A DNA stretch of 62,158 bases from a virus (taxonomy: Duplodnaviria > Caudoviricetes): positions 1 to 62,158 of IMG/VR virus record IMGVR_UViG_3300013113_000455; one strand, written 5' to 3'. The first letter of the stretch is position 1. Each line of letters opens with the position of its first letter. The notes under the pieces are model-generated. The model was not told the DNA's origin. It saw only the letters and a program-made list of their open reading frames with translations, and made no database searches. A program made the translations under genes and the position numbers. This document shows, one piece after another, positions 35,924 to 45,805 of this stretch.

Positions 35924-37015
35924 ATGAGTTTTGAAGATTTATTAAAAGCCCAAGGGCTTGAAGTTGTTGGTTCTGGAGATGCGTCAAGAGAAGAGCAACC
36001 AAAACAAGAAGTTGAATCTGAAGCTGAAGTAAAATCTGAAGCTGAAGAGGTAAAAGATAAAGAGGAAACCCCTCAGCCAGAAGCGAAAGCAGAGGCAGAA
36101 GAAAAGAGCTTCGAGGATTCTTTTAAAGAGAAATACGGTTCTTTAGAAGACTTGGAAGCTAAGTTAAGTTCTTTGGAAGAAAAGGCAAGTGCTTCAAAAT
36201 TTGAAGACAAGTACGAGTCTGATAGTATAGATAGACTAGAAAAGGTGTTGGAGTCTGGATTTTCTTGGGAAAAGATTAAAGAGATTGCAGATATTAAGAC
36301 GCTAAATGTTGATTCATTAGATGGTCGTCAAGCATTATCTAAGATGTTAGAAATGAAAGACGGTTTATCCACAGCGGAGATAAATGCGAAGTTAAGGGAG
36401 TATGACAAACTTAAAGACGCAGATGTTGACTTAATGGATGACGATGAGAAAATCGAACATAAAGCAGCTTTAGCACGTTATGATAGGCTACAAAAGGAAA
36501 GTAAAGATTTCTTAAATTCTGTAAAGAATGATGAGAAGTATTCTTTACCAGACTTGAAAAAACCTACAGATGACAAGGAACTAATAGAGAAGCAACAAAA
36601 AGAATTTGAAGAATTGAAGAATCGTTATGAGTCTTCTGTTTCAGAATCGTTAAAAGAATTTAATTCAGTAAGCTTTAAACTCGGAGAGGATAATGAATTT
36701 ACGTTTGAGTTGAATGATGAGATGAAGCAAAAGGTTCAGGAAAGGATGAATGGTATCAATGAGTATTATACCAACTTCGTTAGTGCTAACGGTGTGGATT
36801 ATAATAATATGAAGGAGACTATTGCCAAAGAACTTTTTTTCGATCAAATATTGAAGTCGGCAGTTGAGTCTAACATTAACAAAGGCGAGATAAATGCTGT
36901 GAAGGAGATTAACAACGTAGTTGATAAATCTAAAAAATCACAAGCACCATCTTCTAATGCTAGTGTTCAGGACCAAATAATTGACGGTTTCTTAAAAGGT
37001 CAAGGAATTAGATAA
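35924..37015 (+). CDS. capsid scaffolding protein (putative)
   Basis: Highly acidic, helical, between portal and MCP. Confidence 0.6.
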   Translation: MSFEDLLKAQGLEVVGSGDASREEQPKQEVESEAEVKSEAEEVKDKEETPQPEAKAEAEEKSFEDSFKEKYGSLEDLEAKLSSLEEKASASKFEDKYESDSIDRLEKVLESGFSWEKIKEIADIKTLNVDSLDGRQALSKMLEMKDGLSTAEINAKLREYDKLKDADVDLMDDDEKIEHKAALARYDRLQKESKDFLNSVKNDEKYSLPDLKKPTDDKELIEKQQKEFEELKNRYESSVSESLKEFNSVSFKLGEDNEFTFELNDEMKQKVQERMNGINEYYTNFVSANGVDYNNMKETIAKELFFDQILKSAVESNINKGEINAVKEINNVVDKSKKSQAPSSNASVQDQIIDGFLKGQGIR

Positions 37016-37033
37016 TTTTAAAAACTAAAAAAA

Positions 37034-38470
37034 ATGGCATTACCATATCAAGGAGGTAGTTTTAACAGAGTTGGAGATTATAACTTTGTAACTACAATGG
37101 ATTTACACAAGCCAGAGATTGAGTCAGAATTAACTCAAACTTTTGGTAATCAAATGTTAACAGGAATGTTATCAATGATTGGAGCAGAAAAAGGTGTTTC
37201 TGCTTTGGAATATACTCACTACGAGGAAGAAAGAATTTACCCTAAGCTTTACGCTACTAACGGTGGAGCAGGTGGAGCAGGAGCGCAAGTAACCTTCACA
37301 ATGGACGCATCATCTAAGTATAGCGTTCCAGAAAATGCTTCTCCTTATGACGGAAGTAATACTTCTTCTATCACTATTCCAAGAAGAGGTGAGTTGATTT
37401 TAATTAAGCCTGCATCAGGAATTGTTTCTGCTGACAGATACATTAAAGCTATTATAGATGGTGTTAATGAAGCTGCTGGAACTTTTACTGCATCGCCTTT
37501 GGATTCTACAGAAAGTATTCCTGCGATAGGTTCAGCTCAAGAAATCGTTATCTACGGTAACGCTTACGGAGAGGGTTCTATGCAGCCAAACGCTAGACAG
37601 ACTACAGTTAAAAAAGAAGTTAACCAAATTCAGACTGTAAAAGGAACTTATGAAGTTACTTCAACAGAAAGAGATATGTTGTCTTGGGTTGAGTTTGTTG
37701 GTAAAGACGGTAAGGCAGGTAGAATGTATTACCTAAAAGGAGAGGCTGATGAGTATAAAAACTTTATGTCTCAAAAAGAATTGACTTTACTTTTGGGTGA
37801 AAAATTAGCTAACGATACTGTTGCTAATGCTTGGGTTACTAACGCTGGTAACGATAACAACTATGGTCCACTTTCTTTAACAGAAGGTCTAATCCCAGGT
37901 ATCCTATCAAAAGGAAATACTTCTGCTTACGCTCAAAACACAGGTTGGGATAAGCAAGATGCTGAGTCTTTAGTTAAGGTTTTAGATAAGCAAAAAGGTT
38001 CTAAGAGCAACCTATTAGCTCCAGGAATTGACTTATCTATTCAGATTGACAATACTCTAGCTTCTTACAAGACAGCAGGTGCTATTACTTATGGTAACTA
38101 CACTTTCTCTGAAGAGGCAAGCGTAAACTTCCAGTTTGACAAGTTTAAGATTGATGACTACATCTTCTCTAAGAAGAAGTTTGATTCTTTCAACGACCTT
38201 CAGACTTTAGGTGCTGATGGTTTTGGTTTCACAAACGAAGGTCTTGTTATCCCAATGGATCAGACTAGAGATGCTGGGACAGGAGAGAAGACTAATCACT
38301 TAAGACTTCGTTACTTGGTTAATCCTGCTACAGGAGAAAGAAACCAAAGATCAGAGATTATTGATAACTACAAAATCACTGGTAAGGATACTTATAGCGT
38401 ATTCTACAAGGACAATGTAGGTCTAGAGTCTTTCTGTTTGAATAAGTTCGCTTACATCAAGCAAGGATAA
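37034..38470 (+). CDS. major capsid protein
   Basis: 478 aa, E..LLLGE, TEGL...I...G; position after scaffold; followed by a strong terminator. Confidence 0.8.
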   Translation: MALPYQGGSFNRVGDYNFVTTMDLHKPEIESELTQTFGNQMLTGMLSMIGAEKGVSALEYTHYEEERIYPKLYATNGGAGGAGAQVTFTMDASSKYSVPENASPYDGSNTSSITIPRRGELILIKPASGIVSADRYIKAIIDGVNEAAGTFTASPLDSTESIPAIGSAQEIVIYGNAYGEGSMQPNARQTTVKKEVNQIQTVKGTYEVTSTERDMLSWVEFVGKDGKAGRMYYLKGEADEYKNFMSQKELTLLLGEKLANDTVANAWVTNAGNDNNYGPLSLTEGLIPGILSKGNTSAYAQNTGWDKQDAESLVKVLDKQKGSKSNLLAPGIDLSIQIDNTLASYKTAGAITYGNYTFSEEASVNFQFDKFKIDDYIFSKKKFDSFNDLQTLGADGFGFTNEGLVIPMDQTRDAGTGEKTNHLRLRYLVNPATGERNQRSEIIDNYKITGKDTYSVFYKDNVGLESFCLNKFAYIKQG

Positions 38471-38487
38471 TTCTACAAGAATTGAAA

Positions 38488-38517
38488 AAAAGAGGGGTGT
38501 TAGTTCATCCCTCTTTT
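38488..38517 (+). terminator. intrinsic terminator after MCP
   Basis: aaaagaggggtg-ttagtt-catccctctttt. Confidence 0.75.
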
Positions 38518-38542
38518 AATATTAACACTAAGCTTAATTCGT

Positions 38543-38800
38543 ATGGCTACTAGAAAACCAGCAAAAGGTAAAAGATTTGTAAAAGTTGTAAAAGACAGTA
38601 AGACAGGAAGAACAAGAAAAGTTTCTTATGGTCAGGCAGGAAAAACAAAAAGCGGTAAAGACAGAATAAGTCCTGGAACTAAAAAGGGTGATGCTTATTG
38701 TGCTAGGTCTGCTAAGATTAAAAAATGTAAAAAACCGCCCTGTGCAAATGACTTATCAAGAAAAAAATGGAAGTGTAGAGGTAAAAAATCAATGAAGTAA
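38543..38800 (+). CDS. small basic conserved phage protein
   Basis: RKVSYGQAG...GTKKGDAYCARS...SRKKWKC. Confidence 0.6.
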   Translation: MATRKPAKGKRFVKVVKDSKTGRTRKVSYGQAGKTKSGKDRISPGTKKGDAYCARSAKIKKCKKPPCANDLSRKKWKCRGKKSMK

Positions 38801-38837
38801 GTCTTAGGACTTTAAATTAATTAAAACTAAAATTAAA

Positions 38838-39956
38838 ATGGCAAAATTAGCAAAAGAGCCTAAACAGGCTGTAAATTCAGGAATGCGTAATGTCGTATAT
38901 ACGCTAGTTAAATCAAAAAACGGAAAGTACCCTCCTTTTTATCAAATCCCAGCAGAGGATGAAGTTTATATGGAGTGGGAAGATGATTTCGGGAATCAAG
39001 AATCAGGGTTAAGAAGAATTAGATATTCAATTGGTGAGACATCTATATTTGTAGATGAGCAATCAGAAACTGCCGAAAAAAGAAGAGGTGTTTTATTGTT
39101 CAACGATGGTCATTTAATCTCTCACCCAATGGAGGTTACTAAGCAAAAGTACCTAGAGTATACTAATCACAATATTTCTAACCATGAAGAGGGAACTGCT
39201 GCACCTAATAAGTCAGCTATCTTTAGGTCTAATTCTAATCAGTATAAGACAAATTTAAAACTACAGAGACAAGAGAAGATTTTATCTTTATCTCAAATTG
39301 TAAATGACATGTCTACTGAGGAAATAGAAGGTTTGGCAATTACTTTAAATGTAGCTTTTGACAATACTAATAATGACACAATTATTAATAGTATAAAGAG
39401 TGCAAGAAGCGTATTCTTTGATATGATAAACTATGACCCTCTTAGGTTTGAAAAGGAGCTAGAGTCAGAGACTAGAAGATTCAAAGAGGTGTTGTCTTTA
39501 GCATTAAGAGATAATGTTATTTCTTATGACAAAGCAGGTAGATCTTTCTACAACAACATTGGTGGTAAAACAAGAATACTTGATGTACCTTCTTATGCAG
39601 AGCCTTTAGATTTCTTTGTAGACTTAGCTACAACAAGAACAGAAATAAAAGAGGCTTATAAGTCAATTAAGGACGCTGTAGAGAACAACAAGAAGCCAGC
39701 TAAAGAGAAGTTTGAAGGAACTAAGGAATATAAGATGCTTAGAAAAGCTTTAAAGTTCAAAGTTTGTAAAAACGCCTTTGGTAGTATTTCGGCTAACAAT
39801 ATTGGTATGTTAGGAGAACGAGGTACAGGAATAAAGGGAGCTACTCAGTACTTAGAGTTTAATCCTGATGTTTATAAGCAGATAGAGAAAATGGTGGTTG
39901 AGTGTGAAAACCAAAAGCTTTTAGAAGAGGAGAAAGAAGAGGCTTCTAAAAAGTAG
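38838..39956 (+). CDS. conserved morphogenesis-region protein
   Basis: R.IRY...E.SIFVDEQ..F.DG.L motif; follows MCP. Confidence 0.6.
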   Translation: MAKLAKEPKQAVNSGMRNVVYTLVKSKNGKYPPFYQIPAEDEVYMEWEDDFGNQESGLRRIRYSIGETSIFVDEQSETAEKRRGVLLFNDGHLISHPMEVTKQKYLEYTNHNISNHEEGTAAPNKSAIFRSNSNQYKTNLKLQRQEKILSLSQIVNDMSTEEIEGLAITLNVAFDNTNNDTIINSIKSARSVFFDMINYDPLRFEKELESETRRFKEVLSLALRDNVISYDKAGRSFYNNIGGKTRILDVPSYAEPLDFFVDLATTRTEIKEAYKSIKDAVENNKKPAKEKFEGTKEYKMLRKALKFKVCKNAFGSISANNIGMLGERGTGIKGATQYLEFNPDVYKQIEKMVVECENQKLLEEEKEEASKK

Positions 39957-39977
39957 AATTTTTTATATATTAATAGC

Positions 39978-40011
39978 AAAAGAGAGGTCAAAAAAGCCTC
40001 TCTTTTTTTTT
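39978..40011 (+). terminator. intrinsic terminator
   Basis: aaaagagagg-tcaaaaaag-cctctctttt with T-run. Confidence 0.75.
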
Positions 40012-40048
40012 ATGTATATTTACTAATCAATAACGTTATTATAAAAAA

Positions 40049-41842
40049 ATGGCTTTAACAACAACAGATTTTAATGTATCGTTTTTATTGGGTGGTAGCC
40101 CAAAAGTCTTTAAATTTACTGATATAACAGACTACACTTCTCAAAGTGTAGCTTTAGCTGATGTAACAGGTAGGATTAAAATTACGGCTCCAAGTGGAGT
40201 AAATGTTTACGATAACTTAAGTGGATCAGCAGACATAACAGGTTCAACTTCAAGAGTTAATACAACTTCAATAAATGTACCCCTGTTGTCAGGAGGAACA
40301 CCAGAGGTAGGTCTTTATACTTTTGAGTATAGAGCCACAGTAGGCAGTGACACTGTTTCTAAAATTAAGACTTTTACTTACTCATACACAAAACCGAAAG
40401 CAACTAATCAATTAACAGCGGATTGTTTATCACCCGAGCTAAAGGGTTCTGACACTACTAACTATTTAGTTAATGCTGTCACACCAAACGACAGGTTTGC
40501 AATATCAGCAGCAAGTTCTTCAGCAAACACTTTTAGTGTTTCAGGAGAAAAGGTTGGTTTTTTTACTGTTGGCAATAAGTTTGATGTAATAGGTTCAACG
40601 GGTAATAATGGTCAATACACTATAACGGGTGTTAATTATGACCAAAGTTTAGACACTACGGTTGTAAGTGTTGCTAATGTGTCAAACAACGAAGGGGATG
40701 GGACAATAGTTCAAAGAAGAACTACACTATATTTTACTTCAGTTCCAGGTATAGCTCCTTTAGTGGGGTATAGTCCTATTTTAACTACCAATTCTTTTTA
40801 CAGTCAACTACAATCTTTCTCTTTTGAGGCTCATGTTTTATATGATTTTGGAGGTGGGATAACTTTATCAGATTCTTTCTCTTCTTCGGATTCAATAAAT
40901 GTAGATTGTGATAACAACCTTTGTGATGTATTCTGTTGTGTTAATACTGTTTTTGGAGAATACATGAAGTATAAGTGTACTAATAAAACTTTAGCAGACT
41001 TAGCTTTACAAAGATACACTATAATAACTTCTCATTTAGCTTCTTTAAGAACTGCTTATGAGTGTGGAGACTCTACCGCTATCACTAAATTGACGGAACA
41101 AATAAAGGATGTTGCTCAATGTAATGATGAATGTGATTGTTCTTCAGGAGACCCTATTCCAATTACAGGAACAGGAGGTGCTACTGCGGTTGTTGCTTCA
41201 GGAGGTAATGGTGTTAATGTTTCTACTAATGTTAGTGGCAACACAACAACATACACCCTTACACTTGCTCCATCTATTATAAATGACATAGCTAATGCAA
41301 CAGCAACAAGCTCTGTTGTTTCTTCTGATGCAACTATAACAGTAACCTCTTCAACTACAGGTACTAATACAGAGTATGATATAAAAATACCTCCAGCAAC
41401 TCCAATTGTTTCTCCGAAAGAAACAATGGTTATGAAGTTAGAGATAGATCATGATAACACAACAGGTGTTAGGACTTTTACTCCTCAAAATGTTACTATA
41501 CAAAATCCAACGAATTTACAACAGCCAACAACTTTTACAGAACTTACAGTTGTTAACCCTTGGGATTTGTATACGTTAAGAGTTTCAGGTTTCCAAGCGT
41601 CTGCTAATACAAGTTATAAGGTGGATATTAGTACTTATCACCAAGAGTACAAGCCTATTGGTTCGACTGGTATTAACTCTACGGAAAAAGCATACGGAGC
41701 ATACGAGCTTGGTTCAAGAGTTGTAAAGATAGACTCTGGTTCTTTTGATATAATTTTTTCCGAGCCAGACGGAACTTACGCAGTTGACGCAGCACTTAAT
41801 CAATACTCAAAAATTTATCTAACTATTAAAATATACGAATAA
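40049..41842 (+). CDS. virion structural protein with Cys-rich segment
   Basis: Beta-rich S/T/G composition; CDNNLC..CC...C...CNDECDC cluster. Confidence 0.55.
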   Translation: MALTTTDFNVSFLLGGSPKVFKFTDITDYTSQSVALADVTGRIKITAPSGVNVYDNLSGSADITGSTSRVNTTSINVPLLSGGTPEVGLYTFEYRATVGSDTVSKIKTFTYSYTKPKATNQLTADCLSPELKGSDTTNYLVNAVTPNDRFAISAASSSANTFSVSGEKVGFFTVGNKFDVIGSTGNNGQYTITGVNYDQSLDTTVVSVANVSNNEGDGTIVQRRTTLYFTSVPGIAPLVGYSPILTTNSFYSQLQSFSFEAHVLYDFGGGITLSDSFSSSDSINVDCDNNLCDVFCCVNTVFGEYMKYKCTNKTLADLALQRYTIITSHLASLRTAYECGDSTAITKLTEQIKDVAQCNDECDCSSGDPIPITGTGGATAVVASGGNGVNVSTNVSGNTTTYTLTLAPSIINDIANATATSSVVSSDATITVTSSTTGTNTEYDIKIPPATPIVSPKETMVMKLEIDHDNTTGVRTFTPQNVTIQNPTNLQQPTTFTELTVVNPWDLYTLRVSGFQASANTSYKVDISTYHQEYKPIGSTGINSTEKAYGAYELGSRVVKIDSGSFDIIFSEPDGTYAVDAALNQYSKIYLTIKIYE

Positions 41843-43701
41843 TGTCAGTTAGTTCAGAATTAGCAAAATTAGGTTCAGGAGTAGGTAGGATTTATCTTAC
41901 AGACTCTAATGGAACACTAACAGGATTAGAGTTTTTAAATGATAAAAGAGGAAGAGAGGCTGCTGAAAAGGCTATGGTTGTTTCAGCTACTTTAAGTTCT
42001 AATATATCAGCTACTTCAGCAGTAGTAATAACTTCAGCAGGTGGTAACATAACAAACTTATCCTATAATGGAGTTTCTGTTTTTAATACAGCATCTCCTA
42101 TAACAGGAGCAACAACAACAGATTTAGCAACAGCTTTAGCTTTAGCTATAAATTCTCATGTTAGTACTCCAGAATATGTAGCTACATCTTCAGGTAACAA
42201 TGTAATAGTTTATTTAGACGCTGCACAAGGAAGCTCTTTGAATGGTACTGTCGCTGCTTTTTCAACAACAGCAACAGCGGCAATGACTGCCACAAATTTA
42301 GATGGAGGTGCTTATCCAACAGAGCTTGTTGACGCTCAGATAGGTTATAAAATGTATATAAACGCTTCTGTTTCTGCTCCAACAAATAGTTTAGTAGGAG
42401 CTACAGATATAACCACAGGTGTTTTAAGAAAGGCTGCTAGTTCTCCTTACTCTGTAAAAGACGTTCAAATATCTTCGGGGTCTGTATCAATAGATAGAGA
42501 TGGAGGTTTTACTGTAGCTAGTATTCAAACAGAAGGAGCTGTGGCTGCCGATGATTTGACATCCATAGACGCAGGCATTTTTAATGATGGGGATTTTCTT
42601 GTAATACGAGGTAAAGAATCAGGTAAGGTTACAACGGTAAAAGAAGGTGGCAACATAGAGTTAGCTAACAATGCTGATTTTCTTACAGCTACAAAAGATT
42701 ACGCTATAACTCTTCAGTATAGTACTTCAGATAATAAATGGTACGAGGTGTCTAGAAGCCCAGGAAACAACTTGTCGGTTGCTTCGTTAAGGTCTGCTAG
42801 TATTGCAACTCCTGTTCAAGGTGTTCAAACAACAACGCTAAGTACAGGGGGAGGAGCTAATACTGTTCAACCAGGTGTTGATAAGGGTCATATAGTTCTT
42901 ACAGGTACAGGTACTTTGACTGGTCCTTGGAGTTACAATTTAGGTGGAACTCCTATAGATGGTGACACATTTATTGTTGACTACAAAGGAACATTTACTC
43001 CAAGTGGGAATAGCATAACTATATTTGGTGTTTCGTTAACTGATTCTCAAATATCAGGAGAAAATGTTACTGTAAAAGCTACTTATGCTTCATCTTCTGC
43101 TTCTTGGTCTACTACTACGACAAGAGATACTTCTGGTGTAGACTTAGCAGATACGACAGATTTAGCAACTAAAGAAAACTCTTTAGGTAATCCAGCGGCT
43201 AATGGGTATATATTATCATCTACCACAACAGGAACAAGATCTTGGATTACTAATGCTTATGCTCAAACCTTAGACACTCAGTTAACTATATTTAATTCTA
43301 CTTCAGGATTAGAAACTGCTTATACATATACCATAGGTTCTGGTACTTTTTTACCAGGAGAAAGTTTAGACTTAGAGATTAGCGGTTATTTTAATGGTAC
43401 TGCTAACGCTAAAGTGTTTTCTGTTTTATTTGGAGCAACTACTATCTTAGCAAATACGGTTTTAACATCCCCTAATAATGTTTTGTTTAAAGCAAAGGTT
43501 ACATTGTTTAATATTTCCAATACAGGTCTTAGTACTGATGGTGTTTTACATTTAAACGGAAATAATCCAGAAATAGAATATGACTCTATTTCGGCTTTAG
43601 ATTTTACATCTAATAACTATGATTTAAAAGTAAACTCTACCACTTCAGCGGCTAATGATATTTCGATTAGAAGTGTTAGACTTGTTAAATACAGTGCTTA
43701 A
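41842..43701 (+). CDS. virion fibre/decoration protein
   Basis: Beta-rich; GYILSSTTTGTRSW fibre motif. Confidence 0.6.
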   Translation: MSVSSELAKLGSGVGRIYLTDSNGTLTGLEFLNDKRGREAAEKAMVVSATLSSNISATSAVVITSAGGNITNLSYNGVSVFNTASPITGATTTDLATALALAINSHVSTPEYVATSSGNNVIVYLDAAQGSSLNGTVAAFSTTATAAMTATNLDGGAYPTELVDAQIGYKMYINASVSAPTNSLVGATDITTGVLRKAASSPYSVKDVQISSGSVSIDRDGGFTVASIQTEGAVAADDLTSIDAGIFNDGDFLVIRGKESGKVTTVKEGGNIELANNADFLTATKDYAITLQYSTSDNKWYEVSRSPGNNLSVASLRSASIATPVQGVQTTTLSTGGGANTVQPGVDKGHIVLTGTGTLTGPWSYNLGGTPIDGDTFIVDYKGTFTPSGNSITIFGVSLTDSQISGENVTVKATYASSSASWSTTTTRDTSGVDLADTTDLATKENSLGNPAANGYILSSTTTGTRSWITNAYAQTLDTQLTIFNSTSGLETAYTYTIGSGTFLPGESLDLEISGYFNGTANAKVFSVLFGATTILANTVLTSPNNVLFKAKVTLFNISNTGLSTDGVLHLNGNNPEIEYDSISALDFTSNNYDLKVNSTTSAANDISIRSVRLVKYSA

Positions 43702-44399
43702 TGGATATAAATAAGGTATACGATTTTTTAAAATATTTAGCTGATAAGGACCAATCTGGTAACATCACCCCTAAAGAATTTAATTTGTCTATAGACCGAG
43801 CTTTTTCCGAGTGGACTATGAAGCGTTATAATAATCTAAAAGATAACACTCAAAATAAAACTGGTTGGCAAAAGAATCAAAAAGTAACGGACGATTTAAA
43901 GTTTTTATTAGTTAGGAAAGATGTTTCTACTATTGGTAGTGACGGTAAGCTTGTTTTGCCAACAGACTATTTGCATTTATCAAGTTTGGTATATAATTAT
44001 AAGTTTGAAGAAAATGGAGAAACAGTTGTTGTGCCTAGTCAAGTTGATATTGTCAACGATAACGAGATTTCTTCCTTTTTAGGCTCTAGTATTTACGCAA
44101 AGCGTATTAAGGCTAAAAAATATGTCATAGCGGCTTTTTATAAAGACCACATACAGATATATCCAAAAAATATAGGTGTAGTAGACTTTACTTACTTAAG
44201 GCAGCCTGTAAGCCCTTATTGGGCTTTTACATTAGAAAACGGTAGACCTGTTTACGATGCTGCAAATTCTGTTGATTTAGAAGCTCCTGACGAGGTTGTA
44301 AATGAAATAATAATGATGTGTGCTTCATACTTAGGAATTAACTTGAGAGAGCCTCAGTTGATTCAGTATGCCGAACAAATGAAACAACAAGGAGTATAA
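43701..44399 (+). CDS. tail ring/adaptor protein 1
   Basis: VY......K.Q.G.ITP.EFN, LP.DY, Y.R.P..P.W; crAss-like ring protein pattern. Confidence 0.65.
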   Translation: MDINKVYDFLKYLADKDQSGNITPKEFNLSIDRAFSEWTMKRYNNLKDNTQNKTGWQKNQKVTDDLKFLLVRKDVSTIGSDGKLVLPTDYLHLSSLVYNYKFEENGETVVVPSQVDIVNDNEISSFLGSSIYAKRIKAKKYVIAAFYKDHIQIYPKNIGVVDFTYLRQPVSPYWAFTLENGRPVYDAANSVDLEAPDEVVNEIIMMCASYLGINLREPQLIQYAEQMKQQGV

Positions 44400-44411
44400 C
44401 ACATTTAAGAA

Positions 44412-45041
44412 ATGACAAGGGATACTAGAGAAATAATAGCAGAACAGGCACAAAGGATTATAGAGGGTGGTACTCCTACTCCAGACTCTGAGGTTAGAAA
44501 AGATGAGTTAATGATCTATGTGGACCAAGCTTTTGGCCAAATGATAAAACAAAGTTTTTATCAAAACAAGGCGGAGGGTGTTAGTTGGCTAGACGGTGGT
44601 TTTGTTTACACATTTATAGAAGAAGTAAAAGAAGATAAGACAAGGGGAATGAAGTATGTTAAAATACCTTCTACTTATGTTGGTCTTCCATTAGGAATGG
44701 GTATAGTCCATGTTTCAAATGTTACTTCAGAGATGGATACTTTCGTTCCTTCAAACCCAAACTTTTTAGGATTGTCTAGAGGTTTGTTGGTTGCTAACTT
44801 AGGAGGTAGGAGAGGTTATTTTGTTGAGAACACAAAGATGTATTTTATTAATTTAAAACCTTCTGATTGTGTTGATAGTGTTTTAATAAAATTAGCAGGT
44901 GGTATCCAGTCAGAGGAGATAGATCCTGAAGTTGATATTCCTTTAGACATGCAGCAAGCTTTAGTAGGGTTTACAGTAGAGCTTTACAGACAGCAAAGAC
45001 AGATGCCTAAAGATGATATAAACGATAACAACAAAGACTAA
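44412..45041 (+). CDS. tail ring/adaptor protein 2
   Basis: Position, size, C-terminal P.D..ND. Confidence 0.55.
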   Translation: MTRDTREIIAEQAQRIIEGGTPTPDSEVRKDELMIYVDQAFGQMIKQSFYQNKAEGVSWLDGGFVYTFIEEVKEDKTRGMKYVKIPSTYVGLPLGMGIVHVSNVTSEMDTFVPSNPNFLGLSRGLLVANLGGRRGYFVENTKMYFINLKPSDCVDSVLIKLAGGIQSEEIDPEVDIPLDMQQALVGFTVELYRQQRQMPKDDINDNNKD

Positions 45042-45802
45042 TGGAATTAGAAAAAGTAGTTAGAGAGTTTTTGATAGAAACAGGAAGAACAGAGCATAGG
45101 TTTGTTCAGGCGCTTCAATTAGGTATAGCTTGCTTAAGAGAGCTTCATTATGATGTTATTGGTGTTCCTGTAATAAAAGAGCTTACTGTTTCGGAGATAG
45201 ACACAGTAGACCTTCCCAACGACTACTTAAATTATATACGTATAGGCTACACAGATTCATACGGTTGTTTTAGAGAGATAGGTGTAAATGACGGTATAGC
45301 CTTGAATAGAACTTTAGACGATTGTGGAAAAAGGATTGCAAGGAAGAAAAGTACAGATGATAATTCTTCTTCTAGTAATTATAATATCAGTAATGTTGAA
45401 TACTCTTCAGTGCATTATAGAAATAATGAAAACGTTGGTAGATATTATGGTTTAGGGGGTGGAAACAATTTGAACGGTAGCTTTAAAATAGATAAGAATT
45501 ACCAGCAAATTCAGTTGTCTCAATATAAAGGGGGAGCTACTGTTACTTTAGAGTATTTGGCAGACCCTAACAAAACGAATGGTGAGTTTACAGTTCATCC
45601 ATTTGCTGTAGAAACTATTAAATCTTGGATAGACTGGAAGTTGAATGAGAACAATGCTAACATCGGAGCTGGTGTTTCGGAAAGAAAAAGACAGCTTTAT
45701 GGTAGTAATAAAAAACTTTTAAGGTCTAGAATGTCATCTAAAAGTGTTCAAGACCTTTTACAAGCGTTTAGAAAAGGTAATAAAGCATCACCTAAATTTT
45801 AA
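45041..45802 (+). CDS. tail ring/adaptor protein 3 (tubular protein A-like)
   Basis: LRELHYD, LP.DY.NY.RI, LEY.AD, VHPFA.E. Confidence 0.6.
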   Translation: MELEKVVREFLIETGRTEHRFVQALQLGIACLRELHYDVIGVPVIKELTVSEIDTVDLPNDYLNYIRIGYTDSYGCFREIGVNDGIALNRTLDDCGKRIARKKSTDDNSSSSNYNISNVEYSSVHYRNNENVGRYYGLGGGNNLNGSFKIDKNYQQIQLSQYKGGATVTLEYLADPNKTNGEFTVHPFAVETIKSWIDWKLNENNANIGAGVSERKRQLYGSNKKLLRSRMSSKSVQDLLQAFRKGNKASPKF

Positions 45803-45805
45803 AAA